DNA of 64,000 nt from Fistulifera solaris. Its lineage: Eukaryota. Location: contig AP026162.1 of assembly GCA_030295235.1 (NCBI GenBank), positions 496,001 to 560,000 on the forward strand, read 5' to 3'. Both the position numbers and the translations under genes were made by a program. The notes beneath the pieces were generated by a model, which saw only the letters and a program-made list of their open reading frames with translations, was not told the origin of the DNA and did not search any database. Shown one piece after another: positions 11,701 to 22,395 of the stretch; positions within the stretch are counted from its first letter, which is position 1; every line of letters begins with the position of its first letter.

Positions 11701-12678
11701 AGTTAGGCATCAAACGATCGTTCCATTTCGCGACAACTGGATTTGGTGACGACGGGACAAGTGGCATCCCCGCCTGTTTCTTTGCGTTCGAAGTGACCGA
11801 CTGGAAACTTAACGACGGCAAGACTCCTAAAGGTCTACCAACAGTTAACGCCCTGGCTATGAAAGTCAAGAACTTCCCCCTCTTTTTGGAAGCACCTGTC
11901 AGATACATGAAGACGATTCAAGATCAACAGGACAAGATGCTAGATATGTACGAACGTGTTTTTGGATTCTGGCTTACGCGATGATTATCTGAAGATGTAT
12001 TACTTGTCCGCCAGTTTGAAAGGACAAACGTTCGATATGGGTCGTCAAATTGCGTTTGCTCCTGGCTGGCTTGAAAATCAAAGTATTTGGATGCATATGT
12101 CCTACAAATATTACTTACAGCTTATTCGAGGAAAGCTTTACGACCAGTTTTTCTCTGAGATGAAGGGAGGTGGAATTCTTCCGTTCATGGACCCTGACGT
12201 ATATGGACGTTCGCTTATGGAATGCTCCTCTTTTATTGCGTCTTCGGCGTTCCCAGACCCTTCTATCGTAGGTGAAGGATTTCTTGCTCGTCTCAGTGGA
12301 TCGACTGCGGAGTTCATGGATATTTGGAAGCTCATGTTCATTGGACCTAAACCTTTCTTTTTGAACGAGAAGGGTCACTTGCATATGCAGCTTGTTCCCA
12401 GTCTTCCCTCTTGGCTTTTCGAAGACCCAGAAAGCGGTTCGAAGCCTTATTTCGATGATAAGGGTAACCACGTCGTCAAGTTCAATCTCTTTGGTACAAT
12501 CCCTGTCACGTATCATAATCCTGGCGGAAAGAATTTGTATGGTGTTAGCCCAAGCAGCTATAAAGTGACGATGAAGGATGGCTCGACATTGGATTTCGAT
12601 ACTCCAACTATCCCCACAGAGACCGCTGAAGCCATTCGCCGCATTGCCACAGTTGACTCGATTGACGCCTACTTCTAA
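8729..12678 (+). CDS. Beta-1,3-glucan phosphorylase, GH161-like, with N-terminal transmembrane anchor
   Basis: Motifs FSSFLPGVAG..FYVNRGQ, RIHGDLERDYN, SQGPGNYRDVAQNRRND, YWGDHW, GGRPGWLDSMNGLPG, GWLENQSIWMHMSYKY and RLSGSTAEF. GT-AG introns at 8987-9118, 10764-10840 and 11303-11380. About six single-base frameshifts near 8975, 9170, 10565, 10908, 11043 and 11960. Confidence 0.82.
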
Positions 12679-12741
12679 ACTAGTCAATGTTTTACATGTT
12701 GTGAAGATAATTTTCACGCCATTATAATTAGTTTTAAACGG

Positions 12742-13820
12742 TTAGGAAGAGACGCGGATGGTTTCGGGCCCCAACTTTTCTAGCTTGTTTTTGACCGTTT
12801 CGATCTGGCATGTCACTTCTTCCAGCTCCTGGTTCAATTCTTCCTCTTCGTCATCGTCCTCGATGCCTAGCTGTTGCTGTTCCTCCAAAGACTTTTGCAC
12901 TGTAACTAGCATTTCTAGCGCTCGGTCCCAGTAGTGCTTAGCTAATTCTGAATTCATCAATGCAGCAAATGCATCGCCGATTAGTGCCCACACCTCCACA
13001 ACCTCGTCGTTTTCGGCTAAAAGGCTTCCTAATACATCGATTGCCGCCTGTAAACATTCCTCTGGTTTTTGGTCAAGCGAAGCACACTCGAGCAGTATTT
13101 TGGCCGTTTCACAACGAAATTCGTATTCGGGAAGATTCTGTACATTTTCTACTTGCACCAGCTCGACGGCACGCTGTTCCGACGCCGGATCCTCCCGCAA
13201 TCCAACCAACGTGGCCAGTGCCTGACACCCTTCCTTCATCGACTCAAAAGCTTTCAGTATCATGTCAACCGCATCGGCTGGTCGGCGTTGAGACAGACGT
13301 AGACTCGCGCACGTTTGTAGGGCATCTGGTAATTCGCTGTCAATCTGCAAAGCTTGTTGCAGGTATGTCTCGCATTGCTGCTCCGCATCGTCCGCAAAAC
13401 ACAAATCAGTCAAATAGAGTTCCGCAGCTGTACAATATACAGTAGCTAGTTGTCGTCTATCATCTATTTTCTCCAAATATTCGATCGCTTGGCGATAAAA
13501 TGCCAAAGCCTCTTCCCCTTGACTCAGTTGTCCCATATACATCAAAAGTCCAGCCTGACGCTCCGGTTCTTTCACTAAAGCCAGTGCACACTCATAATCC
13601 TTCATAGCTTTATCAATTTGTTGCAATGAAACGTGTATTGTCGCTCGTTTTTCGTGTATATCGACGAGAAGCGACGGATCTTGCGTGTTTTGCAGGGCGG
13701 CACCAAATAAACGGAGAGCTTGCTCGGGATCGGCTGCTTGATCGGCAGCTTCCACCAATTGCTCTACGCTCACTTGCGGCTTCGACTTTTTATTGTGCTT
13801 GTTCTTTTCGCTGAAGGCAT
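12742..13820 (-). CDS. ACL4: TPR protein, ACL4-like assembly chaperone of ribosomal protein L4
   Basis: TPR-like helices with MYMGQL, ELYLTDLCFADDAEQQCE and QTCASLRLSQ, plus an acidic C-terminus. The ATG at 13820 needs one homopolymer correction near 13805. Confidence 0.7.
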
Positions 13821-14187
13821 ATTAAATGGATCGGATGTTTGATATGCTTTCTTGTTTCAAGTTTCAAAGTTTTCAAGGAAAATGAGTTTATTGGTCGGCG
13901 CACAGAAATTAAAAAAATATTTGAGATTTGAGTGGTGAACGTCCAACCGTCGTCCCGTGTCGATTTCTTCCAGTGTACTATGGTCCAGAGTGTTGTCCGT
14001 TTTCTGCAAGACTAGTCACGAGATAAAACCGCCGAGACAATAAGCAAGGAGTCCAAGCAAATAACGATCCGTCCATTTTGCTCGCTTTTATAGCCAACGC
14101 TAGCATTTTATGAATGTTTTTAGCACTGATAATGCCGATTTCGTTTATAAACGTCGAAAAGCCTTGCGAATGGTTGTCGTGCACATT

Positions 14188-14322
14188 TACTATAGGACAA
14201 AGTGTTGGTTTACAGCAACCACGACTACGTTTCAGTCATGAATCATGAGTCATGAGAATTCGTTGCTTTTGTCATTAAAACGTACTGTAGGACAAAGTGT
14301 TGGTTTACAGCATCCACGACTA
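14188..14322. repeat. 40-bp direct repeat pair in a divergent promoter
   Basis: TACTRTAGGACAAAGTGTTGGTTTACAGCAWCCACGACTA at 14188-14227 and 14283-14322 (2 mismatches). Confidence 0.9.
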
Positions 14323-14483
14323 AGGCTTACACTTTACCTCTACACACATTTCGTAACAACACACACGCCATCCGCCATCCTTGCGCCATCATCGCCCCAT
14401 TTGCCCATTTTCATTCTTATTAGTCTACTTGTCTTGTTGTCGAACCTACTTGTCTTTCTTCCTCGCTTTATTGTTGTCTTATC

Positions 14484-15509
14484 ATGTCATCTACATCAAA
14501 TGATCCTTGGGCATGGCTGGGTCTACTGAAATGGAGCTTGGCTTATTCAGACGGCACTTCCCCGTCGGCGACCAATCCTCTCAGCGATTCTGATCGCGAG
14601 TTTCTCGAAAAGGTCATGAAAGAAGGAATCATTAATGAGGGAGATCGCATGAGAACCATTTTAGAAGAAGTGACAACGCAGTTTCAAAAGTGGAAGGACA
14701 CAAAGAGTTATACGCAGGAAGAAGACGATCAAGTTTCGGATCTTTTGCAGGAACTTCGTGACATTGTCGAACAAATCGATTACGCGACGGCATTCTGCTC
14801 GTTACAGGGTCTACCTTTTCTATTAGGATGTGCTCAGGAAACCGAATGCATACCAAGATCCTCTCGGTTGATTAGTTTGGGTATTTTGGCCACTCTCTGT
14901 CAAAACAACCCTGAAGTACAAAAACAATTGCTGGAACGTGGTGCGTTGCAACTCTTGAGTGATTTGTTCTTTGCGACTACGGATGATGGAGAATTGCGTT
15001 CTCGTATACTACAAGCGATAAGCGCCAATGTGCGATCTTACGATCTGGCGGAGGCTGTATTCGATCAGCTCGAGCAGTCTGTGACATTGCTGCAAGAAGG
15101 ACTCTCGGATCCGTCGACTGTATCACGAGCACTCTTTATGCTGCGAGCTTTGCTCACGTCGGATTCTACCAGTCGCTTTCGGATGACGCGTTTCCAGCCT
15201 TGTGTCTTGTATGCAGTGGATAATTTTTGTGGTGAATCGTCCGATGTACATTTGCGTGAGATGACTTTGGAGCTCGTGCAACAAATATTGCTCCAGAAGG
15301 TCAGCGTCAATGCAGTTCTTTCAAGGAAAAACTCGTTGGTTGCCACGGGAGTCGCTAGGGTGTCAGAACTGCGAAAGCTCGCCAGCGACGAGAGTGCTGG
15401 GGAGCTCAGTTTGTGGGAAGAAGTGATCCAGTTGCTCGCCAGAGCACAACCTGACTTGGTAAATAATGATGTTGTCGAGACGACGAGAACGGAAGTTCCA
15501 CCGCAATGA
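14484..15509 (+). CDS. Hsp70 nucleotide exchange factor, Fes1/HspBP1 family
   Basis: WLGLLKWSLAYSD N-terminus, REFLEKVM, VEQIDYA and LATLCQNNPEVQ armadillo motifs. Confidence 0.85.
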   Translation: MSSTSNDPWAWLGLLKWSLAYSDGTSPSATNPLSDSDREFLEKVMKEGIINEGDRMRTILEEVTTQFQKWKDTKSYTQEEDDQVSDLLQELRDIVEQIDYATAFCSLQGLPFLLGCAQETECIPRSSRLISLGILATLCQNNPEVQKQLLERGALQLLSDLFFATTDDGELRSRILQAISANVRSYDLAEAVFDQLEQSVTLLQEGLSDPSTVSRALFMLRALLTSDSTSRFRMTRFQPCVLYAVDNFCGESSDVHLREMTLELVQQILLQKVSVNAVLSRKNSLVATGVARVSELRKLASDESAGELSLWEEVIQLLARAQPDLVNNDVVETTRTEVPPQ

Positions 15510-15685
15510 CGGAAGGCTGGCAGCATCATGAGCTATAAGTACTGCCACTAGCTTTAGCATTTAGTGATTGTAGAGATGAAATACTTAGGGCCTGCTCACT
15601 TAGCACTCGCTTCTGTTTAAAACTACAATGAACACAAAAGGATCAACAGAGATAAAAAAAGAAGTGCAAAGTTGTTCCTTATTGT

Positions 15686-16216
15686 TTATTCGTTGAGTGC
15701 TGCACGCTTGGCCTTGTGCTTGGCAATAGAAGCACCTGTACCGCGGACCTTGAGTCCCTTGTTCTTGGCTTCCTTGATAGCCTTTCGCGATTGTTCTTTC
15801 TTTTCGGCAAATCCCTGGCGCACTTGTCGGTGCAACGGCTCGAACTTGCGCAAAGATTCCTCATTGTCGTAAATCAAGCAAAATCCAGTGGACTTTCCAC
15901 CACCAAACTCAGTTCGGAAACCAAACAAGATGGTCAATTTAGGATCGGCTTTGTACATGCCACCAACAACGTCGGCAAGCTCCTTCTTGGAGACATTGGC
16001 TCGACCAGGATGAAGCACATCGACGATGAACTGCATTCACAGAGACAAGGCGTGAGGAATATATATCACAGCATTTTACACCGCATCACTATTGTTGCTG
16101 ACAAACAAAGAGCCCGGCAACTCGAAAAAAAACGTCTGATTGCAACGTACCTGCTTTCTGCTAAGAAGCGGGTTCTTCTTGAATTTACGTGTTTTTACTA
16201 CAACAGTGGAGCTCAT
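15686..16216 (-). CDS. RPS24: 40S ribosomal protein S24 (eS24)
   Basis: Exon 1 at 16216-16151 (MSSTVVVKTRKFKKNPLLSRKQ), GT-AG intron 16150-16031, exon 2 FIVDVLHPGRANVSK...FGGGKSTGF. Confidence 0.97.
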
Positions 16217-16690
16217 TGTCGCTTAGTATTTATGTTGAATAAGAAAGCAAGGTCCAGAGACACAGCAATAGCAACCAAGCGGGTGTTATTCGGAGAGACG
16301 ATGAAGTCGAACTGTAGGGTTTGGCGTTGTCGCGGAGAAAATTTAGTAGAGCGGTAAAGATCGTGACGGATGGAGAGCCAGACCGGCAGAGACACAAAGC
16401 ATTACGCAAGACACGTGACTCAGATTGATGTCCAGTCAGGGCTTGAGACTCGACCGTTCAACGTCACACTTCGAAAACACATTTACTATTGGATCAAACA
16501 GTACATGGTCATGGTAGACTTTCTCCGTGGAATTCATGGCGCGGTGGTACTACTCACCAGATAGTGATTCAAATTTCAAACGCCCGTCGGCCAAGGGGGG
16601 AAAATGCCGCCATTCTGCGCGGATGCCGAATGCTGTCCTGCGCAGCAAGGCAGAAACAGAACCAGTTTTTGACAGCAGAACCAATTTACA

Positions 16691-17354
16691 ATGGTACGTA
16701 AGCAAATCGTGAATTTTAATCAAGTTCAAGCGCAATGCAAATATCTTATACATGATTGTGTAGAGAATGACAAGGAGAATCGAACACCGTTGTCGGATCG
16801 AGTGTATCGCCTCTGGTTGTGAAAATATTCACCGTCAAAGTTTACAGACGATCGGGTCATATCTTTTGCGCGTTTCGTCGTCACGAGGGCATAACGTCCC
16901 TAAGACTGTGTTGTCTAATCATTTCTTTGTTTTGTTGTGTAGTCTGGCAAAGGAGGAAAAGGAGGCAAGGGTGGAAAGGGAGGAAAGGCCCCCACCTCGA
17001 AGAAAAACGCCCCAGTCGCGCTCGAGCAAGGCTGGTTTGCAATTCCCCGTTGGTCGTGTGCACCGTTTCCTCAAGAAGTCGGTACACCAAGGACACCGCG
17101 TCGGAGCCACCGCTGCTGTATACACTTCAGCTATTCTTGAGTATTTGACAGCTGAAGTTCTCGAGTTGGCTGGAAATGCGTGCAAAGATTTGAAGGTCAA
17201 GCGTATTACTCCTCGACATTTACAGTTGGCTATTCGTGGTGATGAAGAATTGGATGCCTTGATCAAGGCCACCATTGCTGGTGGTGGTGTCATCCCTCAC
17301 ATCCACAAGTCTCTTGTAAACAAAACAGGAAAGGGTAAAAAGGCCCAATTCTAA
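16691..17354 (+). CDS. H2AZ: Histone variant H2A.Z
   Basis: ATG-only exon at 16691-16693, intron 16694-16942, then [15 protein letters not shown]...[26 protein letters not shown] and [19 protein letters not shown] (H2A.Z signatures). One extra A near 17003-17007. Confidence 0.95.
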
Positions 17355-17717
17355 TTTGGGTTGTTCTTGATCCCCCAAGTTGAAATTACCCCCAGGCGGC
17401 GCGGTATGGATCGTCGCTTTGTTTAATTGTGAACTTAGAAAGCAAACTACGCGTTTTTACTATCTATCTTTCATAGTTTAGATTCAAACACTTTACCAAG
17501 TAGTAGATAAAAGTAAGTGATGGGCCGCAAACCAATTCGCGGCTCGCGGAGGCGATAAGGAAAAGGGCCAAGAGAGATACATCATCAACCTCAAATATTA
17601 TTATTATCAAACTCAAAACACCTTCCTTTTACTACAAATATACCTTGCAGGGCATCGCGAACAAAATTTGTCATCAATCGCAGCACATGGACTTGCAAGT
17701 CTCAACAAAACAGTCTA

Positions 17718-19049
17718 TCAGTTGGCCGCATTGGCAGCCGCTGGAACCGCCGGAGCTTTTGTATTTGCTGGCTTTGGCTTGGAAGCAGACCCCGTACTTG
17801 ATCCCGATGCACGTCGTTTCCGCTTGGTGGAAGAATTCGTTGTAGGATTGAAAGATCGGGTGGGTGGAGGACCCAGGCCTGGAATGACGATCCCCCACTG
17901 CTTGGCCAAAATCCATTGTACATCTTGTACATCGAGTGCTGGACTGCCCCTGTGCTGCGCAAGCTCAAACGACTGCTGTGTAACCTTGGTCAAGAAGTCA
18001 TTGGCGAGTTGCAGGACTTGAGCTTCGGCCGCGCTATCCAGCGAGTAATTTGGATCAATGGTGTTCAGCAACGACTGAATGCGTTCGCCTACAGGTGGTA
18101 CAATATGAGGACCACCTAGAGACAAGTGGCCTTCCTCAATGGTCGGTTGAGGAGTAGGTTCTGCCTTTGCCTGCACAACGGGACGTTGCAACGCCGGTTG
18201 CGGTTGGTGATAACTGCTAACCGGTGCAACTTGTGGCGTTGGTGCGGATGTTGGAGCTCGGCCAGCTGCAGAAGTTGAGAGACTCGAAGCAGAATGAGAT
18301 CCAGCTGCCGGCTGCATCGGCTGTTGCATCTGTTGCTGTCGTTGCATTGTTTGCTGCTGCTGTCTTTGTAATTGCTGCTGTTGTTGCTGCTGCTGGTAAT
18401 AGGCAGAAGATGAAGCAGGTTGTTGAACGGCGCTCGTTGAAGCATGCATTCGAGAAGTCAGCGACGAAGCACTTGTCGCAGGATTGACATTTGACTGTCC
18501 CAGGTTCCTCGGTGATGGAATGGTGGGAGGTGTGGTAGTAACAGAGGTCGCCGTAGGATGAACCAGAGGCGGCAACCCAGCCGCGGCCCGGGCGGCGTTC
18601 TGCATCTGTGCAGCCCGCGACTGTTGCTGCTCTTGTGTCATCGGTTGCGACTGCTGTTGCTGGATTCCCATGCGATTCGACAGTGCAGAAAAGTCTTTTC
18701 CCTTGGGTCGAGAACCTTGAGGCGCCATTGGATTGGGTGCGGCTTCAACTGCCGCTTCGGAATCGGAAGGCCGGTGATTGCGTGCACTCATGGCTGCAAA
18801 ATCTTTGCCTTTCGGACGATTTGACGGAGAATTTTGAGACGCTGGAGAAGGCTGCGAGGATTGTTGCTGTTGCTGTGGGATCTGTTGTTGAACTTGTTGA
18901 GGTTGTTGATCATCTGGTTGCTGCGGCGGTGCCTGCTGTTGTTCATGACTCTGCGCTTGCATGCGCTGCTGCATCAATTGCAAAGATTTCCCTCCCTTTC
19001 CCGGCGATTTTTGTCCTGAAGGAGCATTGCTTTGTCCCTGAGAGCTCAT
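17718..19049 (-). CDS. TAF12: TFIID/SAGA subunit TAF12 with long Gln-rich N-terminus
   Basis: C-terminal histone fold IDPNYSLD...LANDF...LAQHRGS..LDVQDVQWILAKQWGIVIPG. Poly-Q low-complexity N-terminus. Confidence 0.85.
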   Translation of the reverse strand: MSSQGQSNAPSGQKSPGKGGKSLQLMQQRMQAQSHEQQQAPPQQPDDQQPQQVQQQIPQQQQQSSQPSPASQNSPSNRPKGKDFAAMSARNHRPSDSEAAVEAAPNPMAPQGSRPKGKDFSALSNRMGIQQQQSQPMTQEQQQSRAAQMQNAARAAAGLPPLVHPTATSVTTTPPTIPSPRNLGQSNVNPATSASSLTSRMHASTSAVQQPASSSAYYQQQQQQQQLQRQQQQTMQRQQQMQQPMQPAAGSHSASSLSTSAAGRAPTSAPTPQVAPVSSYHQPQPALQRPVVQAKAEPTPQPTIEEGHLSLGGPHIVPPVGERIQSLLNTIDPNYSLDSAAEAQVLQLANDFLTKVTQQSFELAQHRGSPALDVQDVQWILAKQWGIVIPGLGPPPTRSFNPTTNSSTKRKRRASGSSTGSASKPKPANTKAPAVPAAANAAN

Positions 19050-19414
19050 TGTGTTTCTTCTTTTATGATATTTGTTTGCTCGATGCACAAGGCCTTCCGC
19101 AATTACTTTGATCATCAATTAGAAGATCACAGCAAAATGAAAAATGCAAGTGTGCATGGTGCTGAAAACAAAAAATCGCTCACCGGTATACACTGCGACA
19201 CTGTCGCTAAGGTTGCTAAGGACTACGGAGAAACATTTTAGAATTTTAGACATCCCATGTCCCATTCTACACTCCGTAACATTCACACACTCCTTTTGAA
19301 ATTTGCTACTATCGACCGATTATCATGGCGCTTTGTCTTACCAGAGAGTTGATTTGAAGGGTCAAGTCCTACAAAAACGCGGTAGCTAACAAAGTTCGAA
19401 CTAACATTAGTTAA

Positions 19415-20321
19415 TTACCACTGTTCAGCACCTCCAGCTTGATCTCCTTCCCAAGTGCTAGCACCATAGGCATCGGCTTGGTATCCGTCAACGCCGGCAG
19501 TGTCCACAAGCTGAGAAGGATCCATCACTTCGGCCGGGGCAGCCTCGTAACCGCCAGTGCCACCAGCTTCATCCAACTTAGCTTGCTGCTCTTCCTCGTT
19601 CTTCTTCAACTCCTCTACGTCACGGTGGAAGAAAAGATCGACAGGGACTTCCCAAGGCTCCGCACGGCTGATCGATCCTCGCAATCGGAGAACCTCACGA
19701 GCAAGAAGCCAGTAGAGGAGACCGATCGAAAGCTTACCCTTGTTGTTAGCCGGAATGGCGATATCAACATATTGAAGAGGAGAGTCCGAGTCGCAGAAAG
19801 CAATCACAGGAATGTTCACGTACGAAGCCTCCTTCACAGCCTGGCTATCCGTGCGAGGATCAGTGACAATCAACAAACGGGGTTCACGGAATTGCTTAGT
19901 GATCTGGTTGGTAAAAGTACCAGGAGTGAAACGTCCAGCAATCGATTGAGCACCAGTGTAGTTGGCTTTGAAAGAATAAGGTAAATGATTAGGGAGTGAA
20001 CAAAAATGGAGATATCATGATGGATGACACAGAAAACGTACCGAACTTGAGAGTAGCACGCATACCGTAGGGGCGAGCAGAAATGGCAATCACATCAGCA
20101 GGATTCTCAATGGAGACAATAACACGGGCGGCCAACATGAGCTTTTCCCAGGTTTGTCCGATGTTGAGAATGTGGACACCATCAACGCGACGACGCCAGA
20201 TGTATTCCGTCATCATCGAATCGGAGTTACGAGTGCCCGTGTGCACACCGGCACTCAACATCATTTGGATGTCTTCCTCCTTGGGCTGGAGGACGGCGGG
20301 GAGGTTGGAGAAGGAAGTCAT
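19415..20321 (-). CDS. RPSA: 40S ribosomal protein SA (uS2)
   Basis: [21 protein letters not shown] and AIPANNKG motifs. GT-AG intron 20041-19966. Confidence 0.97.
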
Positions 20322-20576
20322 GGTAAATCTCAATGGATTGTCAATATACTTCGATTGATTACGCGAATTCGACCAGTTTGAAAGCAACGGCGAGATGAAT
20401 GTGTTGAAGGATGGACGAGAGAAAAACTGAAGAAGAGCGGTAAGAGGTAAATTTACCCCGAACTTTAATCAACGTTTATCCAAAATACACTATAGTCCGA
20501 AGTGTAAATTACTTTTTTCAGGACTGGATTTTAGTCATGAGAAAACTGTCATCACTCTACCTTGTTTTGCTAGCTT

Positions 20577-20917
20577 CAACGGTGCTCCAAAGCAAAATCC
20601 CCATTTCGTTCCTGGATAAGTACAAGAAAATCACCAAGAAAGAAGCCAAGTTTGCGAGTGCAGTCAACGTTGGAAATCCAGTGTGAATAATGAAATCGTT
20701 TAACCGAAGAAATGCAGACCCTTTGTGTGTGGGTGTCAACCTGGCTCCAACGGGCGATGCCAACGGTGCTCCATAGCAAAAAGCAAAATCCCCATTTCGT
20801 TCCTGGATAAGTACAAGAAAATCACCAAGAAAGAAGCCAAGTTTGCGAGTGCAGTCAACGTTGGAAATCCAGTGTGAACAATGAAATCGTTTAACCGAAG
20901 AAATGCAGACCCTTTGT
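20577..20917. repeat. Tandem duplication, ~150-bp block with a period of ~185-190 bp
   Basis: CAACGGTGCTCCA...CAGACCCTTTGT at 20577-20726 and 20761-20917, near identical. Confidence 0.9.
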
Positions 20918-21350
20918 AACCTGCAAGAAGCCGGTAGAAATTGCGACGTAAGCCGCTCTCCTGCTAAGAGGCTATAGCAAGGACCTCTTAATCTTTTCAC
21001 GTAGCCGTTCGATGAGCGACTTTGTCCCCTTTTAAATGCGTTGATGAATGCGGACCATTACCTAGTATCACTTATCGTCATGGATGGTAGATCTTTCAAG
21101 GTCTAAAAAGTGACTGACTCGTAGACATGTACTGCTCCATCCGGTGTCATCCAAGGAAAAAGCTCATATCGCTTGTATGGCTACACTGGATCATTCCCGT
21201 TTCGTCCACCTGACGCATACCGGTTAATGTTGTTGCTTTTCGAGTCCTGGATGATGAGACAAGAATTCAATGTCTCTTCACAGCATCAGCGGAATACTGA
21301 ACGAGTTAAATGCAGCTAAAACGTAAATCTTTGATTGCTCCCGACTAGTC

Positions 21351-22179
21351 TCAATTCATCAAACCCGAATCGAACCGATGCCTGACCGTCAAGCTTATTC
21401 TCTCTTGCCGGTAAGCTTTCGTACCAGCGGGAACATTGCAACATGTCGATTCAGCTGTTTCATACTCTTCGTCTGTTTCACGTATGGAATGCATACAATG
21501 ACTGTAGGCATCACCTTCGAAAACAACCAGTGAACCTCCTCCATGAAGTAGAAGCTGTCGTTGGGAAAATGCGCCTTTTTGTCGAGGCTCGAAATGCAAG
21601 AGAACTTGTCCGTTACCAAGACTCAAAGTGGTGGTGCGGCTAAAATATGCGGGCCCATCGGTGTGAGGCATTATTCCCTGAGAAGGAGTATAATGATTGA
21701 TTAGAATGTGATTCGGTGGCACCGATTCATCAAATATTCCTGCTTCGATCAACGCCTGTGCTATCAGTTGAATAGGCCGCGGAAAAGATCCGTCAAATAC
21801 TGCAACTTTCCTTTTTGAGTGATGTAAATTGTGCCAGTGTCCATGCTTCTGGCTCTTTGCCGTGGCAGCCACGGGGAGTTTTTCAAGCCACTGCCACAAA
21901 TCGTTGCAGAAATGCGATGGCAAGAAGGACTCTTTGTAAAAAAATACTACCGGGGTCTTGGTTCGAAACACAATCTCTGAGTCGATTCAATTCAGGAACC
22001 TTTAGGGCGGAAGATCCTCCATTCCACTCCGGGAGTTCTCTGGGAATAGGGGGTTCCTCTTGTTGGGAACTCGGCAATGAGTTATTTCCGGCAATGCTTT
22101 CCTGGTTTCTATGTCGAGCTTTGCGCTTCTCGTCGAAGTAAAGTTTTCTATAATCAACCGCATCTTGTGCCGGTGCCAT
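21351..22179 (-). CDS. ALKBH6: AlkB homologue 6-like 2OG/Fe(II) dioxygenase
   Basis: PNHILINHYTPSQGIMPHTDGPAY, HSI and RISLTVR motifs. The N-terminal ORF 22179-21883 joins after removing one base in the A7 run at 21938-21944. Confidence 0.75.
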
Positions 22180-22294
22180 AACAGTAAGTTTGCTAGATAA
22201 TGAAACCTGGTAGCAGTTTGATTAACAATAAGCACTCATTGCGCGTTGATTTGGCTCGCAGTGCATGAATAATTATCATCTGAAAATAGCATCA

Positions 22295-22395
22295 TCGGTG
22301 TTTTTGGTCATACAAAAATTCTGTCGGAATTCCAGAAAATCTGGAAAATGGTTTTGGACCCACAGAAAATCTGCGGAAGATGTTCCAGAAATTCG
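22295..22395 (+). repeat. TTCCAGAA palindrome-family repeat, left block
   Basis: TCGGTGTTTTTGGTCATACA...TTCCAGAAAATCTGGAA...TTCCAGAAATTC, same orientation as the block at 24570-24995. Confidence 0.7.

Noticed and set aside
15716..19984. Long antisense ORFs over RPS24, TAF12 and RPSA
   Set aside because: They are shadow frames expected from codon bias and low-complexity sequence of the sense genes.
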